A stretch of DNA of 59,167 nucleotides, filler included. It is 6 parts of 6 records of this genome, joined end to end, with 100 filler letters (N's around TTAATTAATTAA, not from the genome) between each part and the next. Parts side by side here need not be neighbours in the genome. Positions count along the whole stretch, not along the records: positions 42,441 to 59,167 come from DRR723986_14406; 5 more parts are not named here. One strand, 5' to 3'. Positions 58,838-59,167 of this stretch are shown one piece after another (the stretch's first letter is position 1; the number at the start of each line of letters is the position of its first letter). The translations under genes were made by a program, and so were the position numbers. The notes under the pieces are model-generated. The model ran no database searches. It was not told the origin of the DNA and saw only the letters and a list, made by a program, of their open reading frames with translations.

Positions 58838-59080
58838 CCTGGGATTATGCTCACTGGCCGGGCATGCGCCCTACGTGAACGAATGGAAAATTGTAATGCG
58901 CGGCACCCTGATTACGCGCTGACTGGATTAAACACCTATGCTGCCTTCGCTCCGGCACATACCGCCTGCATACCGTCGCCTGCACCAGCGCACCGCTACG
59001 GGTGGCCGTAGTTGTTGCCGTGTACCGTTGTGTCTGCGCGATTAGTAGTAGTATTGATAGGAAGAATGGCACGCGGCGCA

Positions 59081-59167
59081 CCGTCCAAGCATGCAGCGCG
59101 CCGTCAGGACGCATTGAACGCCGTCAGGACGCACTGAACGCCGCCCAAGGCATGCAGCACGCCGCCC
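59081..59167. repeat. Degenerate tandem repeat, period about 20 bp, running off the contig end
   Basis: CCGTCCAAGCATGCAGCGCG / CCGTCAGGACGCATTGAACG / CCGTCAGGACGCACTGAACG / CCGCCCAAGGCATGCAGCACG / CCGCCC. Confidence 0.8.

Noticed and set aside
59081-59167. Possible CRISPR array
   Set aside because: Units are contiguous with no spacers, and no cas genes are present

Overview
This window is not one continuous replicon. It is six contigs joined by 100-nt artificial linkers (N-run + TTAATTAATTAA + N-run) at 12857-12956, 17994-18093, 23970-24069, 33384-33483 and 42341-42440, and the contigs appear to come from several taxa. Contig 1 (1-12856) is FCB/Bacteroidota-like: two T9SS-secreted proteins, two AraC regulators, a GyrI-like protein, MscS and a sulfatase homolog missing two catalytic residues. 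Contig 2 (12957-17993) is Rhodobacteraceae-like: clpX end, a methyltransferase, a membrane-bound AraC followed by a small secreted peptide, a GT-A-like protein, a Hint-domain protein and a tRNA end. Contig 3 (18094-23969) is a Marinobacter-like yceD-rpmF-plsX-fabD-fabG-acpP-fabF-pabC cluster. Contig 4 (24070-33383) is part of a T6SS cluster (tssL-tssM-tagF-pppA-tssA-tssB-tssC-tssC2). Contig 5 (33484-42340) is gammaproteobacterial housekeeping (xerD-dsbC-alaC-hom-thrC-recJ-cueR-permease-prfB). Contig 6 (42441-59167) is the most novel part. It is an accessory or mobile region with a tyrosine recombinase, an apparently split N6-adenine methyltransferase, and a long one-strand array of genes I cannot assign to known families. 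That array is built by diverged duplication: a four-gene translationally coupled module present twice plus a third copy of its first gene, a triplicated unknown domain, a duplicated structured leader element, a repeated 14-bp palindrome and terminal 20-bp tandem repeats. Contigs 1 and 6 share strong over-representation of the palindrome GTTAAC, which suggests one host with a HIP1-like iterated palindrome. All homology calls come from motif recognition by eye; no searches were run.
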